Assembly: GCA_040954595.2 (NCBI GenBank)
Contig: CM082597.2
Span: 3,148,265 to 3,212,264 of the forward strand
DNA: 64,000 bases
From: Balanoglossus misakiensis
Taxonomy: Eukaryota > Animalia > Hemichordata
Direction of reading: 5' to 3'
Within the stretch, counting starts at the first letter, position 1, and each line of letters begins with the position of its first letter. The position numbers and the translations under genes were made by a program. The notes under the pieces are model-generated. The model saw nothing but the letters and a program-made list of their open reading frames with translations, did no database searches and was not told the origin of the DNA. This document shows positions 1-14,000 of this stretch, one piece after another.

Positions 1-146
1 GTTTTCTTGGCTCGCTTACGTTTTAATTTGGAAACTTTTAAAAAAATCATACGCCACCGTCTTGATGACTGGTCCCTATTTTAATAATGGTTTCGTCGTT
101 TCGCTGTTTTGTTGTTTCGCAAAGTATAACTAGCCTCAAGATATGT

Positions 147-240
147 TATACAGTGGAACGTTTCTACTAAGTACATCTTCTGGAACAAAAATCTGTCCGT
201 GATAAAGAGGCAGTCCTGATTAGAGAGGTGTCCTTAATGT
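147..240 (+). mobile_element. Tc1/mariner-type MITE fragment
   Basis: Begins TACAGTGGAAC and contains GTCCTGATTAGAGAGGTGTCC, which resembles common invertebrate Tc1/mariner-derived MITEs; no clear second TIR. Confidence 0.4.
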
Positions 241-2080
241 GTAGTCTAGTATCTTGCCGTATTTTGTTGGCTCTGCTTCCAAAACTAATGCTGAGTTGCT
301 CAGTTTTGGAAGCAAAGCGGGCAAAATACAGCTAGATACTAGACTACTTAATGTGGTACTCTGGTTTTTGTCTCAGTCATCATTAGGACTATACACTACA
401 CTTTATTTAAGTTCTGACCTAGAAAGTGAGAATGCACCACCTGTGAAAGAAGGTCATTCGAGTCGGGTTTCCGTTCTGATACACAGGAACGACTCCAGTA
501 TGTATCCAGTATTTAAAAGACTCATGGATTGGATTGGTGTCGTGACAATGTAGCTATGTGTGCATATCGTAATTTCACCCTGAAACTGAGTAGTCACTCG
601 GAACTGCACACAGCTGTCGTTGTTACTAGGGGGTTACTAAGTGGAACGACACAATTTGATAGGTTCCCTGTGTGCGGCATGACTGATCAGAAAGTGTACT
701 GTTACTGTATAAAAATTTTCTGTGATAAATTTCCCGTAACAGGAGATGTATCAATTCTAATTTCCTTGTTATTGGTAATATGAAGCAAAGTTTGATTATA
801 GACATCTTTATTTTCAATAAATATTTCTTGTAAAATTTGACAAGTAAATCATGTCTGATAATCTCAGCGGAAGTTTAATAATAACCATCTTTAGTTTTAA
901 AAAATATTTAACAAATATATATCTAAAAGTGGTAATCTTTCCTGTTTCTATTTTCATTTACCGGTAATGTTCTGATACAGTTTAGACCAAACAGTCAACA
1001 ATAATTTGGTCATCTACCGATAGTATGCCAGTTTGGTGGAATTAGGAACACACTCTAACATACAGACATACATGTACATGTACTGTCATACTCTAAGGAG
1101 TTTAGCTCTCTGTGCGTCAGCTTTCTTGTGGATTCAAGACGTCTTGGGAACTGGTCTACACATGTATTTTCCATGTTTATGAGTTTTAAACATGTAGGCC
1201 TGTAATTGTATGTCCTTGGGGGACTGGCTATTTTCGGCTTAACCTCATGGGAGGTGGTCAACTTCAGACAATAACCAGAGCTGCAAAATGGCAGATTTTT
1301 ACTGTGCATGTACACTGTGTGAATATATACAGACACACGCAGTGTACGACCCACTCTATGTGGCCAGTTGACTTCACAGTGGTATGATTGAAAATCCAAC
1401 CGTTTTCCGTGCATGCATATATATACAGCAAACTGCAAAAACACAAAAACCATTCTCCATATTACCACCGGCATTCTAAACAATGACTGTGCTGTCCTGC
1501 TCCAGCAGTGGCTCTATCCGGGTGTCACGTCCAGTCATCCGGCAAAATTTAATCCGTGCATCAGTATTTTGTCTGGGAAAAGACTGTGGGTAGATTACCT
1601 CGGAATGCATTCAATTGTCGTTCCCTTTTTTTTCTGCCCGCTGAAAAAGAAGTCTAGTCAAGTCTCTTGCACAATAAGTCAGTGCGTCTGTATGCGTGAA
1701 CTCCTTTTCACCCTAAGGCCAATTAGCTCAGTTTTCTACAGTCCTGGTTAGGATAGTGAACAGAATGCTTTGGTACAGAGCAAGTGAAAATAGTTTAGTC
1801 TGAATAGAATAGTAGAAATCTTCAGAATGTTGTCTGTAAAAGCTCCGCACCATTCATGGGAACCATTTCTATCTCCATGAGAAACCAAGCCCTTTCAATG
1901 AAGTTATTTTAATAATACCAATATTATATAATGATATTGTGCATGATTAGATAGTGAGGTCAAGTGTTTATTGTTCCGCTACATAATTTTAACTTTTTGA
2001 ATTTTATGAATAAATCATGTCAAAACAGAATGTAAAATACATATTATAATATGCTGTTTTTGTTTCATTTTTTATGACAG

Positions 2081-5000
2081 CTCCACCGACTTTCATAGAA
2101 ACATCCCCCTCTAGAGTAATATTCACTCCAGGCAGCGACATGACCTTGATGTGTCGGACGTCAGGGTCACCGCGCCCGACGATCACGTGGCAGAAAGACG
2201 ATGAAGTGATACGCTCAGGACCGAGAACCGAAATCGGGGATGAGACCCTCACGTTGCATAAAGTCGGAGTTGAGGACAGTGGAGCGTATACCTGCACAGC
2301 TGCGAGTGACGCGGGGAGAAATTCTAAAACGATCCGAGTGATTATCCAAGGTATTCAAGAGCGATTAGTTGTGAAATTTTTGTGCGAAGATATTTGCTTG
2401 CACATTTTTCTCTAATTAATGAAGATGGAGAGAATAGATCTACTCTGGAATAAAATGTCACATGCAGACTACTACATGTACATTGTTCTATGGAAAATTG
2501 ACTTAGGATTCATGTGAATATTTGGGAATTTTTCGCAAGTGGTTTTGTTTGTACCATGATGCATCCAAATTTGGGGTTTCACCTATTCTAGAGGGAGCTT
2601 TTATTTGTTACTGATTGGCAGTTTGTTAAAAATATTTCAGAAATCAAATGAAGATTCATAAAATAAGTTACGGCTTTTGGATGACTCGCACCCAAGAGAA
2701 GCAAAAGCAATGATTCTAGATAGCTTTCACAGATCCTGAGAAAATCAATGGCTGCTTTGAGGTCTGGTAACCATATCAACACTCGTGTTTCAGGTCCTCC
2801 CCACTTTGTGGTCACACCGCAAAACATCACAGTCCAAGAAGACGACAAGGCCATCCTGGAGTGTGTCGCTGTCGGAGCGCCCCCAACCATCACGTATCGC
2901 TGGTACAAGAACAACATTGAAATCGAACGGCTGGCAAACTTGAAGCATCGACTTCAGATGTTGTTGCAGGGATCCATGCTCATCACCACTGTGCATCTCA
3001 GCGATCAGGGTGTCTTCACCTGTCGCCCTGACAACGGGGTGGGCGTGCCGCCGTCCGCCTCGGCCTACCTGACTGTACTTCGTAAGTGAGAAATTACCCA
3101 GGCTATCATCCCTGTGTTCCTTGACAAATGGAGCAGTCCTATTGATTTGCTGTGTTGCTAAGATACTGAATAAAGGCCAAAGTTACAGGCAGCCGTATTT
3201 TAGTTTTAATTCTTTGGGATTTTTGCAGCTGAAATGTTCCCAGTGAAAAGCTACCCCATACTTGTACTTGGTCAGTATCATCACAAATGGCCATGTTAAA
3301 GCATGCAGCTGTTGACACACTTAAACCACACTATCAGTTCTCAACTTAATCCAAGATTCTAAATTTATCAGTAAGGCCACGGCTGAGGTCAGATTCAGGA
3401 CAGGCATGAAGAACCTTGAAACTAAATCAGGCTATGCAATCAATAGTCCTCTAGTTGGCGCTGTTTCAAGGAGCAAGTTAGTTGTGTGTGTAAATATATG
3501 GTTAAAGCAAGGCACAGAATTGGGATGCTTTCAACAATATAGTATTCACATATACACAAGCAGTAAAGCTAAAAACGTTATGAAGGTATGTTATGCTATT
3601 ACGTATACTGGGGAATTTTTTCCACCACATTTCATGGCTTTGCCATTTTGTTGCAGATCCTGCATCTGTAGTCAATATGCCAGCAACAACCTACATACCA
3701 AAGGGATTAAAGGGGATTATCCCCTGTCCTATCCGATCTAATCCACCGTTATCGTACGTGACCTGGACCAAAGACTGGGAAGATCTTCTGCCCGAGGAGA
3801 TTCCGCGGTACAGTGTCACGCAGAATGGTCAACTGCAGATCAAAGATATCAAGGAGGAGGACGAGGGACGTTACACATGTACGCCGTACAATGATCTCGG
3901 CACACGTGGAGAGTCGCTGCCGATGTATGTGTTTGTAGAAGGTGAGAAATCTTTCACGGATTATGAATAACACTGGTTGTGCTGCATTCTGGTGATACAC
4001 AACTCCACAAGCTGTTGTGAAAAAAGGGTTAAAGGCCTTGCTCAAGAGTGGGTCAAATCTTTTGTTTCCAATAAACAGTTACGTGTGAACACAAAGGCTT
4101 TCTTGTTTGCCTTCTGTACTGATGTGAAGATGCACAATTTAGGTTGTGCACGACATTTCCTATGTATGGCATCAAGATACTACAACCCACAGGGTCAGAT
4201 CTCTTGGTTTTTCATGTGCCTGTTGTATGTGTTTTGAATTCAAAGCAATTTTTGTTGACATGAGAGTATACTAAGATTCTGTTCCTTTTTTTCTCACCCC
4301 CAGACCCACCCGTTTTCACCGTCCGACCTCACAGGGTTTACCAGAGAGAGGTGGGACAGCAAGTGACGTTTCATTGCGCTGCAAAGGGTACACCGGAACC
4401 CACCATTAAATGGCGGAGGGTAAGTCTGAAAAACTGAGGATTCTTTGCTGACCGATAGCTATCATCAGAACAGCACATACCATGTGACTATCATGTTCAC
4501 TTACAGTTGCATGCACAATTCGTATCAATTCAATTTAATAGCTGAATTTTGGTCATTTTTCTAAGACATGAAAATATTTGAGGCATCAAATGTTTCTATT
4601 CTTGCCACAGGCCGATGGCACGGAACCTAAAGACCGCACCTACTACAACAACGGGCATCTGACCATATCGTATCTACGCAAGGAGGATCATGGGAAATAT
4701 GAGTGCCTGGCTGTGAACAAGGTGACCACCATTGTCACGGCAACAGAACTCATAATAGAAAGTATGTGAATTTTTCATTTCTGAAAAGATTTTTTAACTT
4801 TCTTGATATTGTATATGTTTAAAATGGTTTGAAGAATGAAATTTAAATTGTCTGCTGTTTGCAGAGAAGCAAAATTATAAAATTCATATAGTCATAAAAA
4901 TGGTATTTGTGTCATTTCAGATACCACACCACATGCACCAACAAATGTAACAGTGACAGCTGGTATCTATGCAGCTCTGGTGTCATGGTTACCAGCGTAC

Positions 5001-8000
5001 AATGGCGGATTACCTCAACGCTATGAAATATGGTGAGTCAAAAAACAAATTAGGAATCAGCAGACCTATATGTGATGTTGAATATATGTATGTATGTATG
5101 TGTGTGTGAATCAGTCAATCAATGACTATACATGTCATCCGACAGGTTCAAGAAGTTACACAGTGATGACTGGAACAAAGTGAAAATAGCTGATGAACAG
5201 GCAACTTCTGTGATCCTGTATAATCTGGATCCTAAGACAGACTATGAAGTCAGTATTCTGGCCAAGAACTCACTGGGCGATTCTCTGTTTAGCGACGTTG
5301 TTTATCTGACCACAAAAGGTATGTTGATTAGTTATTGTTTCTCAGAATATTATTTTCAATAAATTGTTAAGTTCTACTCCAAAAAAATCCAAACACAGAC
5401 TACTGTAATTTTCTACAATCATGATTTTGAAACGTTTCTAAAATCTCTTTTTTCTTCTTTTTCAGAGCAAGGTCAGTATGTTCCCTTTCCCACTGAAAGC
5501 ACCGGTTTGTTGCCACGGATACCAGCCCATGGTCCCACAGGTACCCATCCCTTCCCATCACACTAACCCACTGTAACCGTAGTAACTAGAATAATTTGCA
5601 TAAAATTAGTATGCTGGCTGTAAAATATGAGCATGAACAAATGTTGCATTGTGTCAAGACTTCGGTGCACATTGGCTACCCATAGTTCTCTTGTCGACAA
5701 ATTTGCATGTCATGTGACCCATCTGGCCCAAATGTATTACCGGTAGTATTCAAATCTATGAGATCCGTTGAAAGCATATTTGGATAACTGAAAATGGCAA
5801 TGGTAAAGACACACACACTGACAAATTTTGAGCTTCCATTCAATTGGATTCTGAAAATTAATCAAATGTTCTTTCCTTGAGTTTGTAGAGAAAATGAAGA
5901 CTGAACTCTAGTTATATTGCCATAAGATGATTTCCAAGCAAACAAAGCAGGGAGATTTTCACCACATCAATTCTCTCCCCTCCCCACCCCCCTCCCCCTT
6001 CTGTTTGTGACACCATCACATTTTAATAAGCACAGTTTGGATTGAAAATCACACTGACACTAAAAACCATCAGAACAAGAAAAAACTTCAAACCCCAAAT
6101 TTAAAACAATTTCTGATTAGCTAATTAGTGGCCCGAAGATTTTAAAACGGGTGAAAATGTTTTGTCTAATTTGCACCCGAGTTGTGATGCAGTGCACTGT
6201 ACTAACACTAACAACATGTAGAAACAGCGTAAGTTGGAAAAATTTGGGGGGGTATTTTGTGCATGTTCGAATGTGCATGACTGTCAAAGTCTGATACATG
6301 TTGGTCCAATGTAGTCTTTACACATTTGAATGCGTCCATGCTTATTGTTCTCTGGGTGTTCTCACCACTATGCCTGCATAGGAACGCGACCCAATCCACC
6401 GCAGTCTGTCCGCGTCAACGAAACCGAGACCGGATTGGTCATCTACTGGGAGGCGCCACTGAACTCGTCCAATCCGATCGTGCGTTACATCGTAGAGTAT
6501 CGAGAAGTGGAGCAAGACTGGATCATATTGGAGGAGAACGTCCCGGCTTCCGAGCCGTGGTTCATTCCCGAGACACTGAAACCGGCAACACATTATTCAT
6601 TCCGTGTGTTTGCTCTGACGGAGACGGCGTTCAGTGAGCCTAGTTCAGTGGTGATGGCTTACACAGGAGGTGAGCAGACATTTTATTCCAGAACATCTTC
6701 CAGGGTTCCTGTATTTTGCACCAGACTTGCTTTATTCAAAATATTGGTCCAGCCACATAGCCATGACTTTTAAAATTGAAGATATAGCAAAGTTGAGCAT
6801 GAAAGAAGCCAACAAATTATCTATTGATAGGTTTTATGAAAAGTGAATGTGATGTCTCCCGAACCTAAAATGTAGGACCAATCAGCTTACTGCATGAGAC
6901 ATAAAATTCTACCGGGTTCCTCCAGTGGCTTCTAGTTAAGCATTCCAGCATTTGTACAGTATTTTAGAACATGAGTATTCTTATTCTGTCTTGCAGACAT
7001 TGCTGTGTACAACAGCCAAGACAGTTTCCCAACACCGGTGGTCGTAGCAGTTGTGGGTGCTCTGTGTTTTCTAGTTGTCATTTCACTGCTCACTGCTTTG
7101 GCCGTCATCAAAATCCATAGAAAACGCAAAGAGAAGAAACGTGTTAGTTTTGGTAAGTATTTTAGTGAGGAAGATCTCCTGATCATATTTTCTTTGCATT
7201 CCAATTTGGGGGAAGTGTTTGCCAAAATTAAAAGTTTAAGTTTTCTAATTTCTCAATCCGTCTTTCAGTACGCTGTATCTATGTTAATAGTGATAAAAAT
7301 GTTCATTCTCATTTCAGCTAATGCCATTGAGGCCAGCAAGAACTCAGGTTCGAGGTAAGTTAGCCTTTGAACTAAGTTATCGGAAAAGCTTTTACAGTTA
7401 TTTGAGCTGAAAAACATATAGATTACAACGTCAGATTACAGGAGTTCTTATTTATTTAATGTTAGATATTCTTTCGTCAGTGCATTCACTTGCTGTGTTT
7501 CTCATGTTTCATATCCAGCCCACATGACGATGCCCACAGGAGACATCATCTACCAACGTTGAAACCCATCCTGATGCCATTCTTCCGGCGCTTGAAGGAA
7601 AAGTTCCGGAAGAGGGACGAGGGTAAAGGAAATCCGGACGATGCCGGATGCCAGAAAGTGAACAAAGGTGTGACAGTCAATGACTCCATCTTCGGCGAGA
7701 GAAGTCTGTTTCCGAAGAAATACAAAGTTCCGGCGAATCGCGTGGAAGTTAATTTCTCGGGTCCCATCAGCAAGATAAGTCGCAGCGCTGACGGGAAATT
7801 CGTCGTACGTGCAGAAAACGACTACGTAGAAGATGTGTCGCAATCCAGGCCAGATTTACTGCCAGATTACCATGACGACATAGCTGGCGTGTTTGCGGGA
7901 AGCAGTGATTCTACCTCGTCGTTCACCACTGATGAAAACTGCACCGCGACAACCGGGGGCTCTGATTCGCAGCTGAAAGCGCCGGCGGGGCCAAAGGTCA

Positions 8001-9541
8001 CGTACGTGGCCCCGCAAACTGTATACAAACCAGAAGAGGTCTACACCAGCAGTCCAGCAGAGGGGAACGATGGCAAGCCGCTGGAGATTACAGATGTCAG
8101 TTCTGTGAGGATGAATCCGCATGAAATTTCCGGTTGGGAGAAATGGACGAAAGAGGAAGTGTACGAAATAATGCATCGTATGCAGGAACTGGGATATGAT
8201 AGTGCGTATGGCGCATATGATTTAGAAAGTGTATCGAATGGCAATGATGATGACTATGAGTTCATCGAGGATTATGATGCTCAATCTGGACGATCAGATT
8301 CGCATTCTCAGCTCGCGAGTGTGCGAAGGACTGCGCCGCCATTTTCCTCTCAGTCCCAAGAACAGCTTGAAAGGCCACGTATGGCACACGATTCAGGGAG
8401 ACCTCACTCTTCCATGACAGAGTTGTTGTCAAGGCGACCATCCCAACGACAACCGATCTACTCACCTAGTAGATCGTACGCGAGCACAAATTCGTCACTG
8501 TCGACTTTGAGGAACGTCGGCTCGATACGAGAGCTACCAGACAGCACGTCCCAGCAGACGATTTGCGTCGATGTGCACTGTCCCGACGAGGATATGCAAT
8601 TTGCCGGGGCGGGCGATTATGTTACGATTCAGGCACCGACCTACTACGATGAAGTTCGCGTCAATACCCCTATACGGCGTAACGAGATCACACCTGTTGC
8701 TCCAATAAAGCCCCTGCGCTACAGCGTTTCTGTAGATTCGGTCGACTTCATGCCGCAACAACTAATGTTGACTCCAGAAGAACTGAAATGTATCGCAAAA
8801 CCACGGCTTTCCTTGACTCCTTCGACTGACACGGTCAATACCAACGACACCTTGCAGGAAACAATGAAAGAAAAAGATGCGACTTTAACCGATTTACGCA
8901 AAACTTTTCCAGCGCTTGAAAACATTTCAAACGGTAACTCGTCACCCGCCAGCCGGGCTAGTATCACTTCCACGAACAGTAGCGGGCGGGGGAGTCGAAC
9001 GACGACGTTATCGCGTTCCTCTCGCGGTGGTTCGTATCACCAGCAGGAATCATTCACTCCCAGCATTAGCAGCGGGATCGGAAGTCACACCGCATCGCAC
9101 AGCATCGCGTCGTTCCACCCGCGGTCAGTCTCGCAACTCAGCGAAATGGACCAAAACAGTCTGGACTCTCCGTTTTCGGACAAATCTTCCCCGTTCAGCT
9201 TGCATCAAAAGGACAATTCCATCGACGAAAATTACGAATTCGACACTCAGCCTCTGCAGTCGGAACTCTTAGCAGCCCTGAAGCAGATCTCCATCAAGTC
9301 TTCCAAATCGGCACCAAAGAAGAACCTCATCGCGTACCGAAAGAAGGGATTCGAACCCAAGATTAGAGAGTTGATCCCAAAGGTTAAGACCCTCCCCCAG
9401 TACGAGGACACTGAAGCCAGGTGTGCGAAACTGAAAGAGGAATTTCTGGAATATCAACGAAAACAGGGAGTTGAAAGAAGGAAATCATCGCAAACAGACC
9501 AACAATGTGAAACGAACTATGAAACCACCACAATGGTTTAA
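2081..9541 (+). CDS. IGSF9: Turtle/Dasm1 (IGSF9-family) Ig-FN3 single-pass receptor, 5'-partial
   Basis: In-frame GT-AG exons: 2081-2350, 2794-3081, 3657-3941, 4304-4419, 4611-4761 (four Ig domains, C..W..DxGxYxC); 4921-5032, 5146-5318, 5466-5540, 6382-6669 (two FN3); 6997-7152 (TM VVVAVVGALCFLVVISLLTALAVI + KIHRKRK); 7318-7354; 7519-9541 (long tail with ISRSADGKFVV, EARCAKLKEEFLEYQR and C-terminal TTMV). Signal peptide and first Ig are not seen and presumably lie upstream. Confidence 0.85.
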
Positions 9542-11028
9542 TATGAAAAGATATTTATAATTTCTCTCGTACAGATCTATGGAAACCTGGATTTCTCGGA
9601 TCTGTGCTACATGAAGTTTTGAACTACTAAAAAGGTGTAATATAATTTTGTACATTACCATTCCATTCTACATTGAAGTATTTTCCAAAGAATTATTTGA
9701 AAACATTTTCGTCAAATAATTCATCCAAGTGCTGCTTCAAAACTTATTCCATATTGTGTCTTTTATTGAATTGTGTTCTTGTTTCTGTTGTGTTTTCCCC
9801 AACTTTCAACACCACAACATTTTGTGGTGTGATGTGCTGGATACATTTACGTGGAATTTGTCTTCCCAATTCTCAAAAGAGAATTAACTTTTTTTATTTC
9901 TTTTTGTAAATCATGTACTTGAAATTGGCAATACAGGGTTTTATTTGACCAATTCTCAGTTCTGACACATCCACAAAGTTCAGAGGTCACCATCCTGGTA
10001 ATTTAAATGCAGGAGAACATAATATTCATTCGCTATGTTTTATAATTCTTTCCAAAAATGCATTTTGCGAAAAGGCCATTATGAATTTTGTTCTGTGCAG
10101 TCAAAATGAACAAACATATCAACATTTATCAGTATTTTTATTACAGTCATTTTACCATTCCACAAAACTTTACTTGTACATGACTTCTTTGCATATCACA
10201 CATGACCAATGACATCATAAAGATTATTTTATATTTGTTTGTTTTTATTTCAGAGATATATTAGTTTTATTTCCAATTTGTTTTGTTACATTTGTAAGTT
10301 TATGTATTAGAGGTTTTTTCCTTTATTTTTTATTTACATTCGTTCGTTCTTAGCACAAAGTTTGGTTCCACAAAATCTGTGTTCTCATTTGAGTGTGTTG
10401 TGTTCACCAGGGGAGAGAAATTGGCCAGAAAATCTTAGCCTCTGCACAGAATAGTGTGGGCATAGCTTACCAGCCATGATCATTGGATTGTCACAGTACA
10501 GGACATACACACAATGTACTATACTTTACTCAAAAGCATTTCTGCAACTCATATTTCAGTCAGTACTTAATTTTGTACAAGTTAGAAAAACTTTCCAAAG
10601 TTTATTTATATTTTATTACATTTGTAGATTTGATACAGCTTTCTCTCTTGATGTAGTTTACAAATACTTTGATTTTATTTAATCAAGACAATTTTTTTTA
10701 CATGTCTCAGGTTTGAATTTTAGGCGAGTTGGCACCACAAAATTGTGTGGACCAACCCCTGTTCCCCATCCCCAAGTAGCTGTTATTATGTTGGATACTT
10801 TTGTTCATAGGTTGAACTTGAACTTACATGTATTTGTAAGAGAAATAAGGAGAGAAGAGCCAGTATTTTTTTCCATTTTTGGCAAATTTTATTTCGTGTA
10901 AAGTTGCTGCTGATGTCAGCTGTCTGCAAAGATTGCAGTGAATGTATTTATTCAAATGTGTGAATAAATTTCCTTTTCCATAACAGACATTTTTATTATG
11001 TATGCACTCATTTAGTTACTGTCTCTAA

Positions 11029-14000
11029 CTAAAACATTCCTTTGCTCATTTTCTTGTCTGACATCGCCCTTCTGTTGTGATTAGCTCGGCTAGATTTGTT
11101 CTTTTCTTTCTGTCGTCGTTTCTGCTCGGTCTGTGCAGTTTGACCTTTGCCCTTTGCCTGACCAACCAGGGCCTGCTTGTGGGGTTGACCTCTGAACTTT
11201 GACCGCATTCTCTCTTGTTGCTTCTCTCGCAGCTCGGCTGGGTTCGGCACGAATTGATCTCTAGGAGGCGCTGTTGTTGGTCCTGGTTCATAGCGTTCCT
11301 GTGAGCACACAATAGGTAGAGTTCATAAATAGAATTTCATTTTCAAGTCAGTTAAAAAAGTGCTAACAATGAACTTCCAGAATTTTGGTGAAATATTCTC
11401 TTTTGGCAAATTATGCCACATCTTTGAGAATGATTATAGCATTTCACACCAAAAAAATACCTACCTCTTCGTCAGATGATTTGTTGGACTTCGAACCACC
11501 AAGGATTCTGGGAGTTGTAAATGGCCTGCGATCAAGTAGAAATTAAGAAGTTTAATTAACACAACAGAATCATTTCATGTACTGGTGCGAAACACTGCAG
11601 AATTGTGTTGAATTCTTTTTGACTGCAACAGTACAACAAGGTTTTGCATGATTTACAATTTTTCATTGCCTCTGACGGAATATTTTTCAATGTACAAAGT
11701 ACACATATATGGGGCCACCACAGTCCATCTGCGAAATTTCTTAGTTAACAGTACTTGCCTACGAGCTGTTAGTTCATCAGCAGAATCTTCGTCATTTGCA
11801 CCAATGTCATTATCATCATAGGTGTCATCATATTCGTCATCGTAAATCGTGTCGTAGATTATGTCGTATTCCTCGAATCGCGGTTTCATAGCCTGCACGT
11901 CACTCTTGTCATCAAGAACTGATTTGTAATCTTTACTCCTAAATAGATAAAGAAGAGTAATTATAGGAACGCCAAAACTCAGCATGTCCAGGTCAAATAA
12001 TACCAAATTCTCAAGTAATATAATTATCTGTTATTGGCTACACCTTCACTTCAAACTTACTTTTTGCCTTTGTGAATTTTACTTGTATCAATCCTGTCTC
12101 GTTTGAAGACGTCAAACTCGTCGTTGTCATAGATATTCTGTCTCTGTGACACTAGAGGCTGGTTCACCTCTTCAGGTATCTCATAAGTTTCTCTGTTGAA
12201 AAAAATAAGAAAAATAAATTAAATACAGAAACACTACACACAGGGTTGATTGAAAATCATAAAATGGTCGGTAGCAATGAAACCCTACCTGGACATATTT
12301 CTGTCGAGTTTCCGAAGTGAGGCCGGTAAATTGTCCTCCAATAAAGAATTGATTAATTTTTCGGTGCCATAGTTGAATTCTTCCAGACATGCCTTCAGAG
12401 AGACGTAACAAGTATTACAGAGAAGTTCAACGTGGCTGAATATATTTGCATGGACGATTTTCGAAATAGTTGGAAATAAGAGATACTATGTTGTTGAAAA
12501 AAGCTCATAGCTGTACTCACAATGATGAATCCTCCTCCCAGATCCGGAAGTAGATCTTTGACGGATGAAATCAAGGATTCCAACTCTACTCCGGACACAC
12601 TGGCTGCACAAGCTCCTGCACCCTGTGGAGGAAATTATTTACAAACAATGTCAGGTCAGACTGAGCAAGCGACGACTAATAAGTGAGTGAGTGTGTGAAT
12701 GGGTCAGACTAATGTTTAATGTATACTTCATTCAGATGCCAATAACTGGCCAAAGAAAACACTACACTAGACTCAAAACTATCTCTCAGTTTACTTACAT
12801 ATTCACTCAAATCAGGAATTTCACTCTCAAAATCTTCTGGAAGAAGCACACTCTGTTTATTTGTCTCGGTTCTGGGTGAGGCTGCATTTTGACTGACGGG
12901 TTCCTTGTGTTTTGCTGTTTTCGCCTTTCTGTACATGGCCATTGCTGAGCCAACTGCATCCAAGATGAACTGTGTACGTGTCTCATCACTGTATGCACAC
13001 AAAAACTCAGGAAAATGACCGAAAGAAGACTGGACTATATTAATATTACAAGAAGGATAGCAGTACATTCACATCCATTATACCCTCTTACCAACATGGT
13101 TTGGTCCAAACCTATTGTTTTCTATGGTAAAATTGGACCTCTAACCAATGGAACTGCAAGGATACACATTGTTGGTAAGCTGTAGAATCATGTCGACATC
13201 TTCCTGTACATTGTGTACGGTGTTGTAGTGACAGAGGAAGTGTTTGTCTGATAGAATTGAACTCATCATTTGTAGATAGTCCTCGACACACACACCAATC
13301 ACTTCTTGCTCTCCACTGTAAGATGAAGAAATACAGTATTTAAGGTCTCTCTGGTTCTGCCCAGTGCTATGTTGCTCCAGGTACACTGAAGACAGTGGTG
13401 TGTACAGTGGCGTGTATTCTCAACATGGCCGCCACTATCGCTGTCGCTACGAGTATATAGTCATACAGTCTCAACCTTCCATGGGGCACTATGCATTCTC
13501 AGATGCCATTGGGAAAATGTGTAAATGTTTTCTATATAATGATCCAACAAATGGCAGTCTTTCCTAGTTTATTAGAATCACATGGTTACATACCTGTTGT
13601 CAAGCATTGGTTGCAGACAGCATGTAAATATGATTAAGTGACAGATCTTGACCATCGCTTTCTTGGCTTGGGACAGTTTCGTTTTCAACATGGCATATAA
13701 ACTGAAAGAGAAGGAAAATAATGATCATTAGAGTAAAACTGGTTACAATCCAGCGACACACGCTGAAGCTTATTCTTGCTTTTTATCTAGAAATCTTTAC
13801 TTATCCACTTAACATATAGGACACAATAATAAAAGGTTTAATCAACACAGACATCCACTAGAAAAAATTAATCAGTCTGATGTCTCGTATTAAGACTTAC
13901 CTGGGATGGTCAGCTTTTCTTTGTTTCAGAGACTTTTCAATCTCTGGAATAGTTACCTCATAAAAGTTTGAAATTCTGCATTTGAACAAAAGATACAGGA

